Below, in pieces: positions 12,010 through 23,330 of a stretch of DNA of 57,235 nt (its first letter is position 1; every line of letters begins with the position of its first letter). The translations under genes were made by a program, and so were the position numbers. A model generated the notes under the pieces. That model was given only the letters and a program-made list of their open reading frames with translations. It ran no database searches and was not told the DNA's origin. The DNA comes from Octopus bimaculoides (lineage: Eukaryota), in contig NC_068994.1 of assembly GCF_001194135.2 (NCBI RefSeq), positions 1,957,769 to 2,015,003 of the forward strand, given 5' to 3'.

Positions 12010-12215
12010 AAAGGTTTCAAATTTTGGCACAAGGCCGGCAAGTTTGGCAATGGCAGAAGTGAAGTCAATTACATTGACCCCAGTGCTCAACTAGAAATTT
12101 TTTTACCAACCCTGAAAGGAAGAAAGGCAAAATTGACCTCGGTGGAATTTGAACTCACAAAATACTAAGCATTTTTCCTGGTGTGTTAATGATTCTGCAA
12201 GCTCGCTGCCTTAAA
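12010..12215 (-). mobile_element. SINE family B
   Basis: TTTCAAATTTTGGCACAAGGCC...TGAAAGGAAGAAAGGCAAAATTGACCTCGGTGGAATTTGAACTCA is the reverse complement of the 54985-55182 type. Confidence 0.75.
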
Positions 12216-13361
12216 TCTTTGTATATTAATGATAAATCTTCTTCTCCCCAAATCAAGCTAAAATTATAATATAATAACACAAGCAGAGACATGAAGATTC
12301 AGTAAGGTTGAAGTTGTGTTTTGTATAGAAAGAGTCTAAACTTAGTGGATACCTCAGATTAAATTAATTCAAGAAGACATTGTGGTTCCCAGTCATAGCA
12401 ACAATCACCACCCGACTCTAGTTACAGGAAATTTATCATAAAAATTGCAAAAAAAAAAGATTAGTTGTTTCTTTTTAAAATGGCAACTTCATTTGTCAAC
12501 TAACCTCCTAATTAGAGAAAGGTAATTTCTTTCAAATGAGTTTTCTAGCTTACAGTCTGCTTGTGTGCCTCCTTTATGGTGAAATTTCCTACAACAAATA
12601 TTCCAGATATGCCCTCCACCTCTATTCATTGTCTTCAGTCTAAATAATATAAAAAAGACAATATAACAATGACCCTTTTTTAAAATCCACCCCTACCCCA
12701 ACCTCCCAGCCCCATCTATACATGGTTGACAGAATCCCATAATCAACGATTATTCTTTCTAATTTTTTAAAATTAAATAATCTAATAAGATGTATTGTGT
12801 TCTAGTCTTTTTAACGAACCTCAAACGTCTACAATGCTACAATGGTTACCTAACAAGCTAAAAGACTTCTCACCAGAACTAATGTGGTTGGACTTGGTCA
12901 TAAAAATATTCAATATTTCGTTGGGAAAATTTAAAAACCAATATGTCTGTCCCCTAAAATTTTTTCCCAGTGCCTCTTTGATGTTAATTCGCAGTAACGC
13001 CTTATGTTAATTAGACACAGAATATTTGCAAGATTTGCAGAAGCTTGTTATCGCATTGTGTGTAACGGACAAGAGATGTGACAGGCAAGATGAAGAAGCT
13101 GGAAGGCCAAACGAAAAGGCCAGATTCACAAACACCAGTGATAGCAGCAGAACTGGTGGAGTTGGTAGCAGTGATTAAATTTCATTGTCATTGGAGATGA
13201 TGGTGGTGGTGGCAGCAGCAGGGATGGTTCTGTAAACCTAATCAAAGATTGCAATCCTTTAGGAGTTTTCATCAATTAATGCATGAGTTAATATCTGTTG
13301 GTGTTGGGTGCGCTAGGAATTGGTAAACTGCAGTGAAAATTCTGGCTGCTGCACGCCAGGC

Positions 13362-13400
<39 letters not shown>

Positions 13401-13559
13401 GGGCAAGGAGACGAAGGGAGGTGGCAGAAGAGAGGGGTTACCCTATTCATTCTCTAGTATCTCAATGTCCGTGCCTGTCAAACGAACAAGTTTACAGATT
13501 GAGACCAGAGATTAGTCTTGGTATTGCTGTTGTGTACTGCAGCGATGGCGATGGTGGGG

Positions 13560-13654
13560 GTGGGGGTGTAATTAATGGTGTGTAGTAGTAGTAGTAGTAG
13601 TAGGTAGTAGTGGTGGTGGTGATGGCAGTGTGTAATTGATGGTGTGTTTGCTAA

Positions 13655-13692
<38 letters not shown>

Positions 13693-13775
13693 TTGGTACA
13701 GTATAGTGGTGATCATAGTAATGTGTGAAATTGGTGGAGTGTATAGCTGCATAGGTAGAAGTAGTAGTAGTAGTG

Positions 13776-13854
<79 letters not shown>

Positions 13855-14143
13855 CAGCAGCAGCAGTGACAGTGGTATTGGTACAATGTAGTGGTGTTGG
13901 TATGAAGTTAGTATTGGTAGTAGTGGTGTGTGTTGCAGAGTTGATGGTGTGTGGTTGTAGTAGTAGTAGTAATAGTAGTAGTAGTAGTAGTAGCAGTAGT
14001 GATGGTGGAGTGGGGTGGGGGGATTGATGTTGTTGTTTTGGAGTCCTGTCAGTGACTGGGTGGAGTGGTGAATGAAGAAGAACAAGTTGAAGAGATGGTA
14101 GAGGGGGTTAGTTCTGTGGTATGTGGTGATGGTATGGTAGTAG
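13560..14143. repeat. (GTA)n/(GTG)n trinucleotide microsatellite block
   Basis: Long AGT/GGT runs produce the poly-S/V/Y ORFs in the track. Confidence 0.9.
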
Positions 14144-14399
14144 NNNNNNNNNNNNNNNNNNNNNNNNNNNNNNNNNNNNNNNNNNNNNNNNNNNNNNNNN
14201 NNNNNNNNNNNNNNNNNNNNNNNNNNGGTGGCAGTGGTGATGTAACGATGCAGCTCGGTGTTCTGTTGGTGTTGGGAAGCAGTGCATAAGTTGTGAGTTG
14301 TTTTGGTAATAAATAGTATGGGGGAGGGGGTATTGTGGTGGTGGGTGGGTGGGAGTGGTGGATGGTGTCAAACTACCAACGACCATCAAGGACATTATT

Positions 14400-14840
14400 G
14401 TTATCACAACAACAACAACAATTACAGCAGCAGCAGCAGTAGTAGCAGTAGTGATGGTAGTAAATCAATATTGATGAACTCTTGGTATCACTGTCATCAT
14501 CATTATCATCATCATCATTATAATTATCATCACCATCAACAGTATCATCATCATCATCACCACCATCAACAGCATCATCATCATCATCACCACCACTGTC
14601 ATCAGCATCGTCATCGTCATCTTCCTCGTTCTCACCTTTGTCATTGTCATCTTCCCCATCACCTGAAACAGTTAACTACCAACCAGTAATAGCACCACCA
14701 CCACCACCACCACCAGCATTTCCTTCATTATCATCAATCTGGCATTAAGGACGACAAGCAAAGAGATGTCAAAGATATTATCCTTTGAATAACGATAAAA
14801 CATCCAGCATCACCAGCATCACCAATATCACTATCAACAC

Positions 14841-14883
<43 letters not shown>

Positions 14884-15189
14884 TCCACCACCACCACCTC
14901 CAAGCATCTTCTAACATCTTATTGTTATCTTCTTTGACATCAGCCATCCACCACCATCCTCATCATTGCCACCATCCCACTGATAACAACACAAACAACA
15001 CCAATAAATATTGCTAGTACCACCACCACCACCACCACCACCACCACCGCTGCCACCACTAACCATCGCTGCACAGACTACCACAACCACCATCACAACA
15101 ACAACACCAACAATAACAACAACAAAAACACTATTGCTACAATCACAACTACCACTATCAACAACAACAATAACAATACCATCAAAACA

Positions 15190-15220
<31 letters not shown>

Positions 15221-15240
15221 CCAACAACCATCTCAACCCT
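14400..15240. repeat. (CAT)n/(CAC)n/(CAA)n trinucleotide microsatellite block
   Basis: Compound trinucleotide runs produce the poly-H/P/T ORFs. Confidence 0.9.
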
Positions 15241-15864
15241 TACAATCAAAGTCAAAATAATGACCACATCTCATAATGTTGTTTACATGTCAATGGTATG
15301 GTTATCAATATACCAGTGGTATGTCTGGTTTGAGTTAAGAAAATGTCATTGACAACATTTAGGCAACATCCACACACTGTGTCTGTCTATCTAGTCAACA
15401 TGTATATATACATATATATATACATATGCATACATATATATATATANNNNNNNNNNNNNNNNNNNNNNNNNNNNNNNNNNNNNNNNNNNNNNNNNNNNNN
15501 NNNNNNNNNNNNNNNNNNNNNNNNNNNNNNNNNNNNNNNNNNNNNNNNNNNNNNNNNNNNNNNNNNNNNNNNNNNNNNNNNNNNNNNNNNNNNNNNNNNN
15601 NNNNNNNNNNNNNNNNNNNNNNNNNNNNNNNNNNNNNNNNNNNNNNNNNNNNNNNNNNNNNNNNNNNNNNNNNNNNNNNNNNNNNNNNNNNNNNNNNNNN
15701 NNNNNNNNNNNNNNNNNNNNNNNNNCACTTGGGAAGAAATTCATAAAAAACAGTGCCATCTGGAGAGAATAATCTGACTCAGTGAAACAGTGAAGAACCA
15801 CAGTCGTCCAAGCCCCACCATAACATCAACCACCACCACCACCACCACTTCAGATGCGTGCGTG

Positions 15865-16250
15865 TGTGTGTGTGTGAATGCCAGCATAGAAATGAGCTGA
15901 GAGAAAATCTGAGTTTAAGAAGAATGAAGGGTTTTGTAGCAAAGAAAAGGAAGACTGAGTTGTGATGTGAGTGAGATGGAGGAAGGTTATAGTAGAAGGA
16001 AAGGCCAAGCACTCCAAGAAAATGAAGCCTGCAGAAGAAGGATGCCAAGGAAGACTTAGGACAAAGTGGTGAGGGATGATGTGAAGATGCTGCCTCACAT
16101 TGAGCAGATGACAAAGGACCTTCTTCACTGGTGATACTGCAGAAGACCTAACCCTCCATTGTAAAAACACCCTCACAAACGTAGTGTTTAGAGGATGACA
16201 TATTTTGTGCCCTGCCAAGGGTACAAATTACATGCTGGTGCTTCCTTTCA
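15865..16250 (+). mobile_element. Highly degenerate RTE ORF2 C-terminus
   Basis: NELRENLSLR..RRLSCDVSEMEE..CRRRMPRKT*DKVVRDDVKML parallels LREKLDLR..RLRWY...GRDRPRKTWDEVVKHEL at 27.5-27.7 kb. Confidence 0.6.
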
Positions 16251-16399
16251 CCTTTCATCCCCTGCTTCTCCCACCCTCTCCATCACCCTATTATTCACAT
16301 CCTGCCACCATCCTTTAAATTGTTTCCCTCTTCCCCCATCCCATCTCTCATTTCCACCACCCACCCAGTGCTAACTCCATCATCCCTTCATAAGCCCCA

Positions 16400-16700
16400 T
16401 GTTTAAGACATGGTATTCATCGACCCTCACTCTTATCCCTTCACCCCCACTTTCATTTTGTCCATTTCTGTTGTCACTAATCCCTTTCTACCCAACTTCA
16501 CCCCAAATACCCCTACAATTTATATCATACTTCTGTTCTTTTCTCCAACCCTGCCATTCCACTCCTTCAGACTCAGGGTGGATGCCTTGACTCACCCAAG
16601 CCAGTGTACCACCCGAGATTATTGAGTCCTCTCAGCACTTACACATTTCTCTCCTCACTCATTTCTGGTCTTGCTGCTGGCAGCATTCCACTCCAGTTCC
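16400..16700 (+). mobile_element. Possible PLE fossil
   Basis: C/T-rich coding-like tract loosely similar to the PLE region preceding GIY-YIG. No clean motif. Confidence 0.3.
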
Positions 16701-16955
16701 CCTCCTTGGTCTATATGTCGTAGCTCTCTCTAAGCAACCCATACATTGCCACACCCCACCCCTCTTGTAGTGGGGCTTCAATGGAAGATGAACAAATCAC
16801 AGACCTTCATGAGTGACTGAGACACTTTCACAAATACGACACCAGTAACCATTGTAAAGTGGTTCGTTAATGAATAGAGAATGCATAGGGTTATGGGAGA
16901 CCCCTTAATTCAAGCTCTCTAGCATTGGTGCCATGAGAAAATGTACCATGAACCC

Positions 16956-17204
16956 CAGTGTTTTCACCTATGGACCCTTTGATTCTTATTTTACTCTTCT
17001 GGACCCTATTATCCATTCAATGTTATAAAAAAAAAAGACCCCTTTAAATATATTTATAATTAAATATAATTAAGAATTTATTTAAAAATTGTTAAAATAA
17101 TTTCTGCATTGTAGAAGTATAAACAAGTTATTGCAGATGAATTTTATGAGAAACCTCTTATATGGTCCCTTAAGGGCAATATGGATCCCAGTTGAGAAGC
17201 ACTG
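16956..17204. mobile_element. hAT (Charlie-like) MITE
   Basis: Left end CAGTGTTTTCACC, right end GTTGAGAAGCACTG followed by CTCTACAC. The interior is homologous to 8483-8719. Confidence 0.6.
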
Positions 17205-17455
17205 CTCTACACTCTGTTAAGGGGTTGGCAATAGAAAGGGCATCCAGTTATAGAAACCAGCACCAGTGTTTGGCAGCAGGAAACTCCTAATAAGGAAATG
17301 GTTTTGATTGTGATGACGCTGTCCAAGAGATGCCAACATTGAAAGAGGATGGAAATTGATGATGACGATCGCAATGATGACAATGATCAGCTTCAGCAGT
17401 TTTTGGAGCCAAATTTTCGTTGCTTAGCTCAGACAGATTTTCTTCAGCCACATAC

Positions 17456-17477
17456 CATTTCCGTTGCCAGATCCCAC
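17456..17477 (-). other. Candidate 22-nt microexon
   Basis: TGTGTGTTTGGAAACAG|GTGGGATCTGGCAACGGAAATG|GTATGT. All three frames are open. The acceptor tract is weak. Confidence 0.25.
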
Positions 17478-17539
17478 CTGTTTCCAAACACACACACACA
17501 TACACAATGAACTTCTTCCAGTTTCAGACTACCAAATCC

Positions 17540-17670
17540 ACTCACAAAGTCATGGTCTGCTCAACGCTATAATAAAGTACACCTGCCCATGGTGCCAGAC
17601 TGTGGGATTGAACCTGAAGCCATGTTGGAAAGCAAACTTCTTAATCACATGTCCACACCTGTACCTATAA
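17540..17670 (-). mobile_element. tRNA-type SINE family C, degenerate
   Basis: CATGGTGCCAGACTGTGGGATTGAACCTGAAGCCATG resembles 25470-25505. Confidence 0.6.
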
Positions 17671-17747
17671 TGACCATATATACATACATACATATATGTG
17701 TGTGTGTGTGTGTATGTATATACATATATTGAAATATATATGAGGAA

Positions 17748-17912
17748 GTCAATCAGATTGACCCTAGTATGCAACTGGTATTTAATTTATCGACCCCGAC
17801 AGGATGAAAGGCAAAGTCAACCTCGGTGGAATTTGAACTCAGAACATAAAGACAGACAAAATAGCGCTAAGCATTTCACCCAGCGTGCTAACGGTTCTGC
17901 CAGCTCAATGCC
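17748..17912 (-). mobile_element. SINE family B
   Basis: ATCGACCCCGACAGGATGAAAGGCAAAGTCAACCTCGGTGGAATTTGAACTCAGAAC...GCGTGCTAACGGTTCTGCCAGCTC. Confidence 0.85.
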
Positions 17913-17995
17913 TTTTATTGTTTATAATATTGTCAGCGGTTTAGCATGCATAAAAAAAACACTTATAACAGTAAATATTATCAATTAATAATTAA

Positions 17996-18162
17996 GGGTA
18001 CTAACAGGTAGTACCATCATGCTAAACATAGCAGTCAAAATAACCAAACCAAAAGTTTTCACTTAAACACAAAGGTGAAAGCAGGCAAATGAATAAAAAC
18101 AAAGAACCTTGTGGTTTGGTTATTTTGATTGCTATATTTAGCATGCTGGTACTACCTGTTAG

Positions 18163-18167
<5 letters not shown>
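17996..18167. mobile_element. 172-bp MITE with 56-bp TIRs (possibly Harbinger/PIF-like)
   Basis: Arms 17996-18051 and 18112-18167 are reverse complements with 3 mismatches. Termini are GGG...CCC, with flanks TAA and TAT. Confidence 0.85.
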
Positions 18168-18215
<48 letters not shown>

Positions 18216-18715
18216 GATAGATAGATAAACAGACAGATAAATAAACAAATATCTATATGTATGTGTATGTATGTACCTGTATATGTGTGTTATCATGAAA
18301 ATGATTAAAGAACAGAATTACGTAATCACTTTTACTTATTTACATGAAGCTCTGATGAGGTTGTAAGATGTTATAATGTCACTCACCTTTAGGTCATATT
18401 TTATTTCATACGAGAAACTATTGTAAGCCAATGAATGTGATTATATAACACCTGTTCTTTTGCCATTTATTAATTTTATATTATGCTCTGTATTTATCTC
18501 TTGGTTCTTACAGGAGTCCAGTGCTAAGGACATTAAAGAATTCATTCTACCTTGCTGCCAGAGCATAGAAATATGCCATATATTATAAATATAGACAGTT
18601 CTCACAACTTGGTATTCATGCTGCTATGGCTAAGCTTTTATATATATATATATATATAATATATATATATTGATATATATATATATATGTGTGTGTGTGC
18701 ATGTATATACTCTTT

Positions 18716-19179
18716 TAATCTTTAACTTGTTTCAGTCATTTGACTGCGGCCATGCTGGAGCACCGCCTTTTAGTCAAGTAAATCAACCCCAGGACTTATT
18801 CTTTGTAAGTCTAGTACTTATTCTATCAGTCACAGAGACACACACACACACACACACATACACACACACGTATATGTATATATNNNNNNNNNNNNNNNNN
18901 NNNNNNNNNNNNNNNNNNNNNNNNNNNNNNNNNNNNNNNNNNNNNNNNNNNNNNNNNNNNNNNNNNNNNNNNNNNNNNNNNNNNNNNNNNNNNNNNNNNN
19001 NNNNNNNNNNNNNNNNNNNNNNNNNNNNNNNNNNNNNNNNNNNNNNNNNNNNNNNNNNNNNNNNNNNNNNNNNNNNNNNNNNNNNNNNNNNNNNNNNNNN
19101 NNNNNNNNNNNNNNNNNNNNNNNNNNNNNNNNNNNNNNNNNNNNNNNNNNNNNNNNNNNNNNNNNNNNNNNNNNNNNNN

Positions 19180-19215
<36 letters not shown>

Positions 19216-19506
19216 ACTGGCATTGGCTATTTTGCTTCCCCGAAGCCCATTGCTTGAAAGGTGCTTTGTATGTGACACCTGCATCAGCCACAAGTGACAC
19301 TTGGTTTGACAGATCTTCTCAAGCACAGCATCTTGCCAAAGATTTTGGTCACTAGTCATTGCTTCTGTGAGGCCCAAAGTTCAAAGATCAAGCTTCAGCA
19401 CCTTGTCCCATGTCTTCTATTAGTCTCTTTTGCCGAACCGTTAGGATTACAGGGATGTAAACACACCAGCGTCTGTTGTCAAGTGATGTTGATTGGGGGA
19501 ACAAAT

Positions 19507-19510
<4 letters not shown>
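18716..19510 (-). mobile_element. SINE family A split by an insertion (parts 18716-18831 and 19415-19510)
   Basis: The two parts join into the element seen intact at 25146-25333. TTCTAT(C/T)AGTC is duplicated at 18821-18831 and 19415-19425. Confidence 0.8.
19213..19414 (-). mobile_element. 5'-truncated RTE 3' end nested in the SINE
   Basis: Minus strand reads GLTEAMTSDQNLWQDAVLEKICQTK, matching GLTEAMTSDRDLWKYAVLEKTRQAK at 27.7 kb. Confidence 0.8.
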
Positions 19511-19537
<27 letters not shown>

Positions 19538-19544
<7 letters not shown>

Positions 19545-19759
19545 CCCTCGACTCTCATGGGTGTTACAGTCCAAAACACTCATGAGAGGTGGAAATCTGC
19601 AAAGTAGAAACATTTCTGTACTGCATATTTTTTATTATTTTTGTAATTTGTATATATTCATTTGATTATAAATGCAAAGCAACACCACGGAGGAGGAAGT
19701 GACGTAAGCTTAAATAATGAACCACTATAGGTGAACCATGATGTGGCAAGGGATTACTG
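19538..19759. mobile_element. Tigger/pogo-type MITE
   Basis: TIRs CAGTAATCCCTCG (19538-19550) and CAAGGGATTACTG (19747-19759) match 12/13. The TA target-site duplication is not preserved. Confidence 0.7.
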
Positions 19760-21130
19760 AGTGTGTGTATATGTATACACACACACACACACATATCTGT
19801 GCATGTGTAAGAGACTGATAGAATATTGGCAGAGTCTGTAGAGCTCCTAGCAAAATGTCTTGTGGTATTTATTGAGGATTTTTACAATCTGAGATCAAAT
19901 CTCAGTGAGGTCATCTTTGTCCCTTCATTTTTCCAGAGTTAATTAAATGAAATACCAATCAAGTACTGAGATTGATTTAATCAATTAACCCCTCCCCTCA
20001 AGCTTTATGTGATGTTAAACCAAACAATGTGTGGAGTCTTGTCACACAACAACAGCAACACTCTGACACATTGCCACTTCATAAAACCATCTCAGAATTT
20101 CTTTGGATTTTTTCTTCTCATTTCTCATTCACGGCCTTCCTAACATGTTTGAGGAAACCAGAGGTAAAACACCCCATATTTTAGCTATCCCCTCCCCTAC
20201 CAATATTAGGGACCAAATTGAGGGACGCAGATGCTACCATTCTTCCTCTGATGAAGCCAAACTAAATTTTTCTCACAAGAATTGGTCAACCAATGCTATG
20301 GTAGAATATAGTCACCTCAAGTACCTTGCTGTGAGATTGAACCAATAATCCTGTACTTTTGAATTTCTCTATCCCTTGGTCATTCCATTAGACACCCAGC
20401 GGTCAGCTAAATGTTTGCATAAAATTTGGTCCTACACTGGATTTTATACAGTGAATTCCAGAAAGGAATATCTTTGAAAGAGTCTCTATGGCACTGCTCA
20501 ATTTGCTAAAAATGGTAGTCAAATATTCCTCAAGTGCATTGTTTAAAAAATAAGGATATATCAGATAATGTGAATCCAGATACATTTTATGTGGAAATAG
20601 ACTGGATGGTCACAGCTGGAACGTCTTGTTTATGGGTTTGTTTGATGAGAATTAAGCTAGGGTTACCCATCATCAACAAAGTATCTGCTGAAACTGAAAG
20701 CATCTTTTAAGATGGTTCTATAGAATATCTTTTGGAAATTGTACGTATAAAGAACAGAGAGTGCGTGGCTCAAAATGTATACGGGATTATGAACAAACTT
20801 AGAAAGAAATAGGGGAAAATTCTATAGAATCCTAGAAAATTTACTCATTTCCATGAAAATAAACAATACCAAGTTTGAACCCCAAACCCCATGGAATTCC
20901 AACTTATGATGTAACACAAATCAAATACTACAGACACTCTACACATGATAACGAATCTCATTTCAGTTCTACCCAAACTCTACACATTATTCGAACCAAT
21001 TTTAAACATTATTATAATCCAATTCCATTCAAACACTCTCACAAACCCAATAAAACCTACATTCAACAATACCTCATTCTCTAGAAAAACCTTTAAAAAC
21101 TTATTTAAATTTCCTTAAAAATAAACCAGT

Positions 21131-21398
21131 TGCAGTGTGGAAGGTGTTTATAAGCCATTTAAGATAACACACAAAATCCGTCAGATTCACTTCAACATTT
21201 AAATTTAAGTTGCCAAAATATTTTCGTCGCTTTGAGACCGCGACCTGTTCACTGACAAAATTCTGTGCTGCATCTCAGTGAACTGGTCGTGGTCTCAAAG
21301 CGACGAAAATATTTTGGCAACTTAAATTTAAATGTTGAAGTGAATCTAATGGTTTTTGCGTTTTTCTTAAATGGCTTATAAACACTTTCCACACTGCA
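21131..21398. repeat. 268-bp fold-back palindrome (arms about 125 bp, 19-nt spacer), probably inverted PLE pseudo-LTR segments
   Basis: 21131-21255 is the reverse complement of 21275-21398 at roughly 90% identity by eye. TTAAAAATAAA is directly repeated at 21115-21125 and 21463-21473. Confidence 0.95.
21210..21258 (-). ncRNA. Minimal type-I hammerhead ribozyme candidate, G3-C8 core variant
   Basis: UUGUCA GUGAACA G GUCGC GGUCUCAAA GCGAC GAA AAUAUU U^UGGCAA. Helix I is 6 bp, helix II is 5 bp, and helix III is the palindrome AAUAUU. The predicted cut is between 21216 and 21215. Confidence 0.7.
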
Positions 21399-21527
21399 CT
21401 TGTTTTTATTCCAGCACACGATCTCAGATCAGGTCACTTGCTATGCAAGTACATCTCCGTAATTAAAAATAAATCAAATTGATTTTAACATATATCCCAG
21501 AGAAATTATAGGAATTCCTCACTCAAT

Positions 21528-21619
21528 ACCTACACTAAACTCCATTCAACACCTATACTAAACCCCACTTAGTATCATTACTAAACTCCACTCAACACCT
21601 TCTCTAAACTCAAAATAAA
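21528..21619. repeat. 23-bp minisatellite, 4 diverged units
   Basis: ACCTACACTAAACTCCATTCAAC / ACCTATACTAAACCCCACTTAGT / ATCATTACTAAACTCCACTCAAC / ACCTTCTCTAAACTCAAAATAAA. Confidence 0.75.
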
Positions 21620-22416
21620 TCACTGTAAACAAACCCACATTAAAATATGTTTGAGGCCAACTCAGTGGAAAATTGTCCAATCAATTCTGAAAATAGTGGG
21701 AGGGGCCAAGAAATTGTAGTAAGGCATCAACAAAATGTAGTAAAAGGGACAGTGTAATGTTGTGAGGGCCCACAAAGCTTTTCTGGTTTGTCTCCCAGCC
21801 CCTCTAATCCTCCCCACCCCACCACACCTTCCTCTCCCTCTCTTCTCTATTCGAATAATTTCTTCAGTTTTACAAAATTACTCTGTTACAAATTTATATT
21901 GACAAACTCTTTTCAATACTGTTATTGTTGTTGTTGTTGTTGTTGTCTGTTTTTATCAACAATTTCCAAACAGAATATCAGGGGAGTGGGTGTATGGATG
22001 TTTGTATGTATAAGTTTATAGGGCTGTATGTGTATATATGTTTTGTGTGAATATGTGTGTATGTGAGTGTATAGTGATATGTGTGTGTGAGAGAGAGAGA
22101 GAGAGAGGGAGGGAGGGGCATTACCTGTCAGAAGATGTGTGTGTGTGTGTAAATATATAAGTTTATAGGTTCATTTGTATATATGCATACGTCAGTGTGT
22201 GTGTGTGTGTGTGTGTGTGTAAGGAAGAGAGAAAGATTACCTGTATGTTTGTTAGTTTGCAAGTGTGTGTGTGGTGGGGGGGAGAAATCTTTTTGTGGGG
22301 GGGGGGGTCAAGAGGCTTTAGTCTTCATTTTGTTGTTGTTTATGGTGAAGTTGTTACTGTTGTTGTTGTTAACTGTAGTAATAGTAGTAGAAGTGGTTGT
22401 AGTGGTAGTAGTAGAG

Positions 22417-22448
<32 letters not shown>

Positions 22449-23268
22449 TAAACGTGTCTTTATTGTTACTGCTGTCATCAGTGATGTAATTGTTGTTGAT
22501 GTTATCATCAAACATGTTGTTTATATATGTTGTTGTTGTTGTTGCTGATCTTGATGTTGTTACAGACACTTTTCTCGTTGTTGTTGTTGTTGTTGTTGTC
22601 ACTTAGCACCCAAGTTATTCTTATCCAATAGACTTATTATGGGATCAGAACCATTCCATCCACGACCATCCCAACATTATTTTACTAGGCATAATGTATC
22701 TCGGACAACATCACTGTAAGTTTTCCTTCTTTAACATGTTTGGTAGGGTTAGGGTTTGAGAGAGATTTAGTTACTATTTCTAGCAGATGAACAAACCCTG
22801 TAGTAGCTCCTTTATTTGTTATTCTTTTGCGATGCATGTTTGGGGTGTGTGTATAGATGTATATATATATATAGGGATGCATGCACTTAAGTATATATAC
22901 ACACACACACACACACACACATCTATATATATATAACTATATGTGTGTTTATATATGTGTGCATGTATGTTTAGGTGTATGTGTATGTATGCATGTATGT
23001 AAGTTTGTATGTACATATGTATGAGTATGTATGTGTGTATATGCATGTGCATATGCATGTGTGTATAAATATGTATATATATGTACTCATGTGTATGTAT
23101 TTATGTATGTATCTATGTCATCATACATATATATATGGGTTTGTGTATGTATTTGTCTATCTACCTGTCAATCTATCTGTATGTTTGTATGTATGTATGT
23201 ATGTATGTATGTATATATGTATGTATACATAGAGTGAAAAGAAGAGAGAGGTGTAAAGTTGCACCTAC

Positions 23269-23330
23269 CTGCAGGCAAGCCGTTCCATCTCTGTTCCGTT
23301 GTTCCTGACAGCGCTCTAGTCATCAACTAC
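23269..23330 (-). other. Candidate 5' exon with donor
   Basis: A CpG-containing unique stretch ends GCCTGCAG|GTAGGT. ATG at 23323 gives MTRALSGTTEQRWNGLPA(G), and ATG at 23288 gives MERLAC(R/S). No homology recognised. Confidence 0.35.

Noticed and set aside
11857-12168. 103-aa ORF
   Set aside because: It is a chimera of a PLE pseudo-LTR relic and an antisense SINE.
7697-13002. Shared CAGTAACGCC 10-mer at about 7697 and 12992
   Set aside because: Exact 10-mer pairs are expected many times by chance in this much sequence.
14465-14670. Asp-rich minus-strand frame after an acceptor-like TTTCAG (GDGEDDNDKGENEEDDDD...)
   Set aside because: It is fully explained by compound (GAT)n microsatellite, which is abundant throughout the window, and there is no donor.
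17410-17450. CTGAAGA...GAAAATTT on the minus strand
   Set aside because: The intervening sequence and flanks do not form helices I or II.
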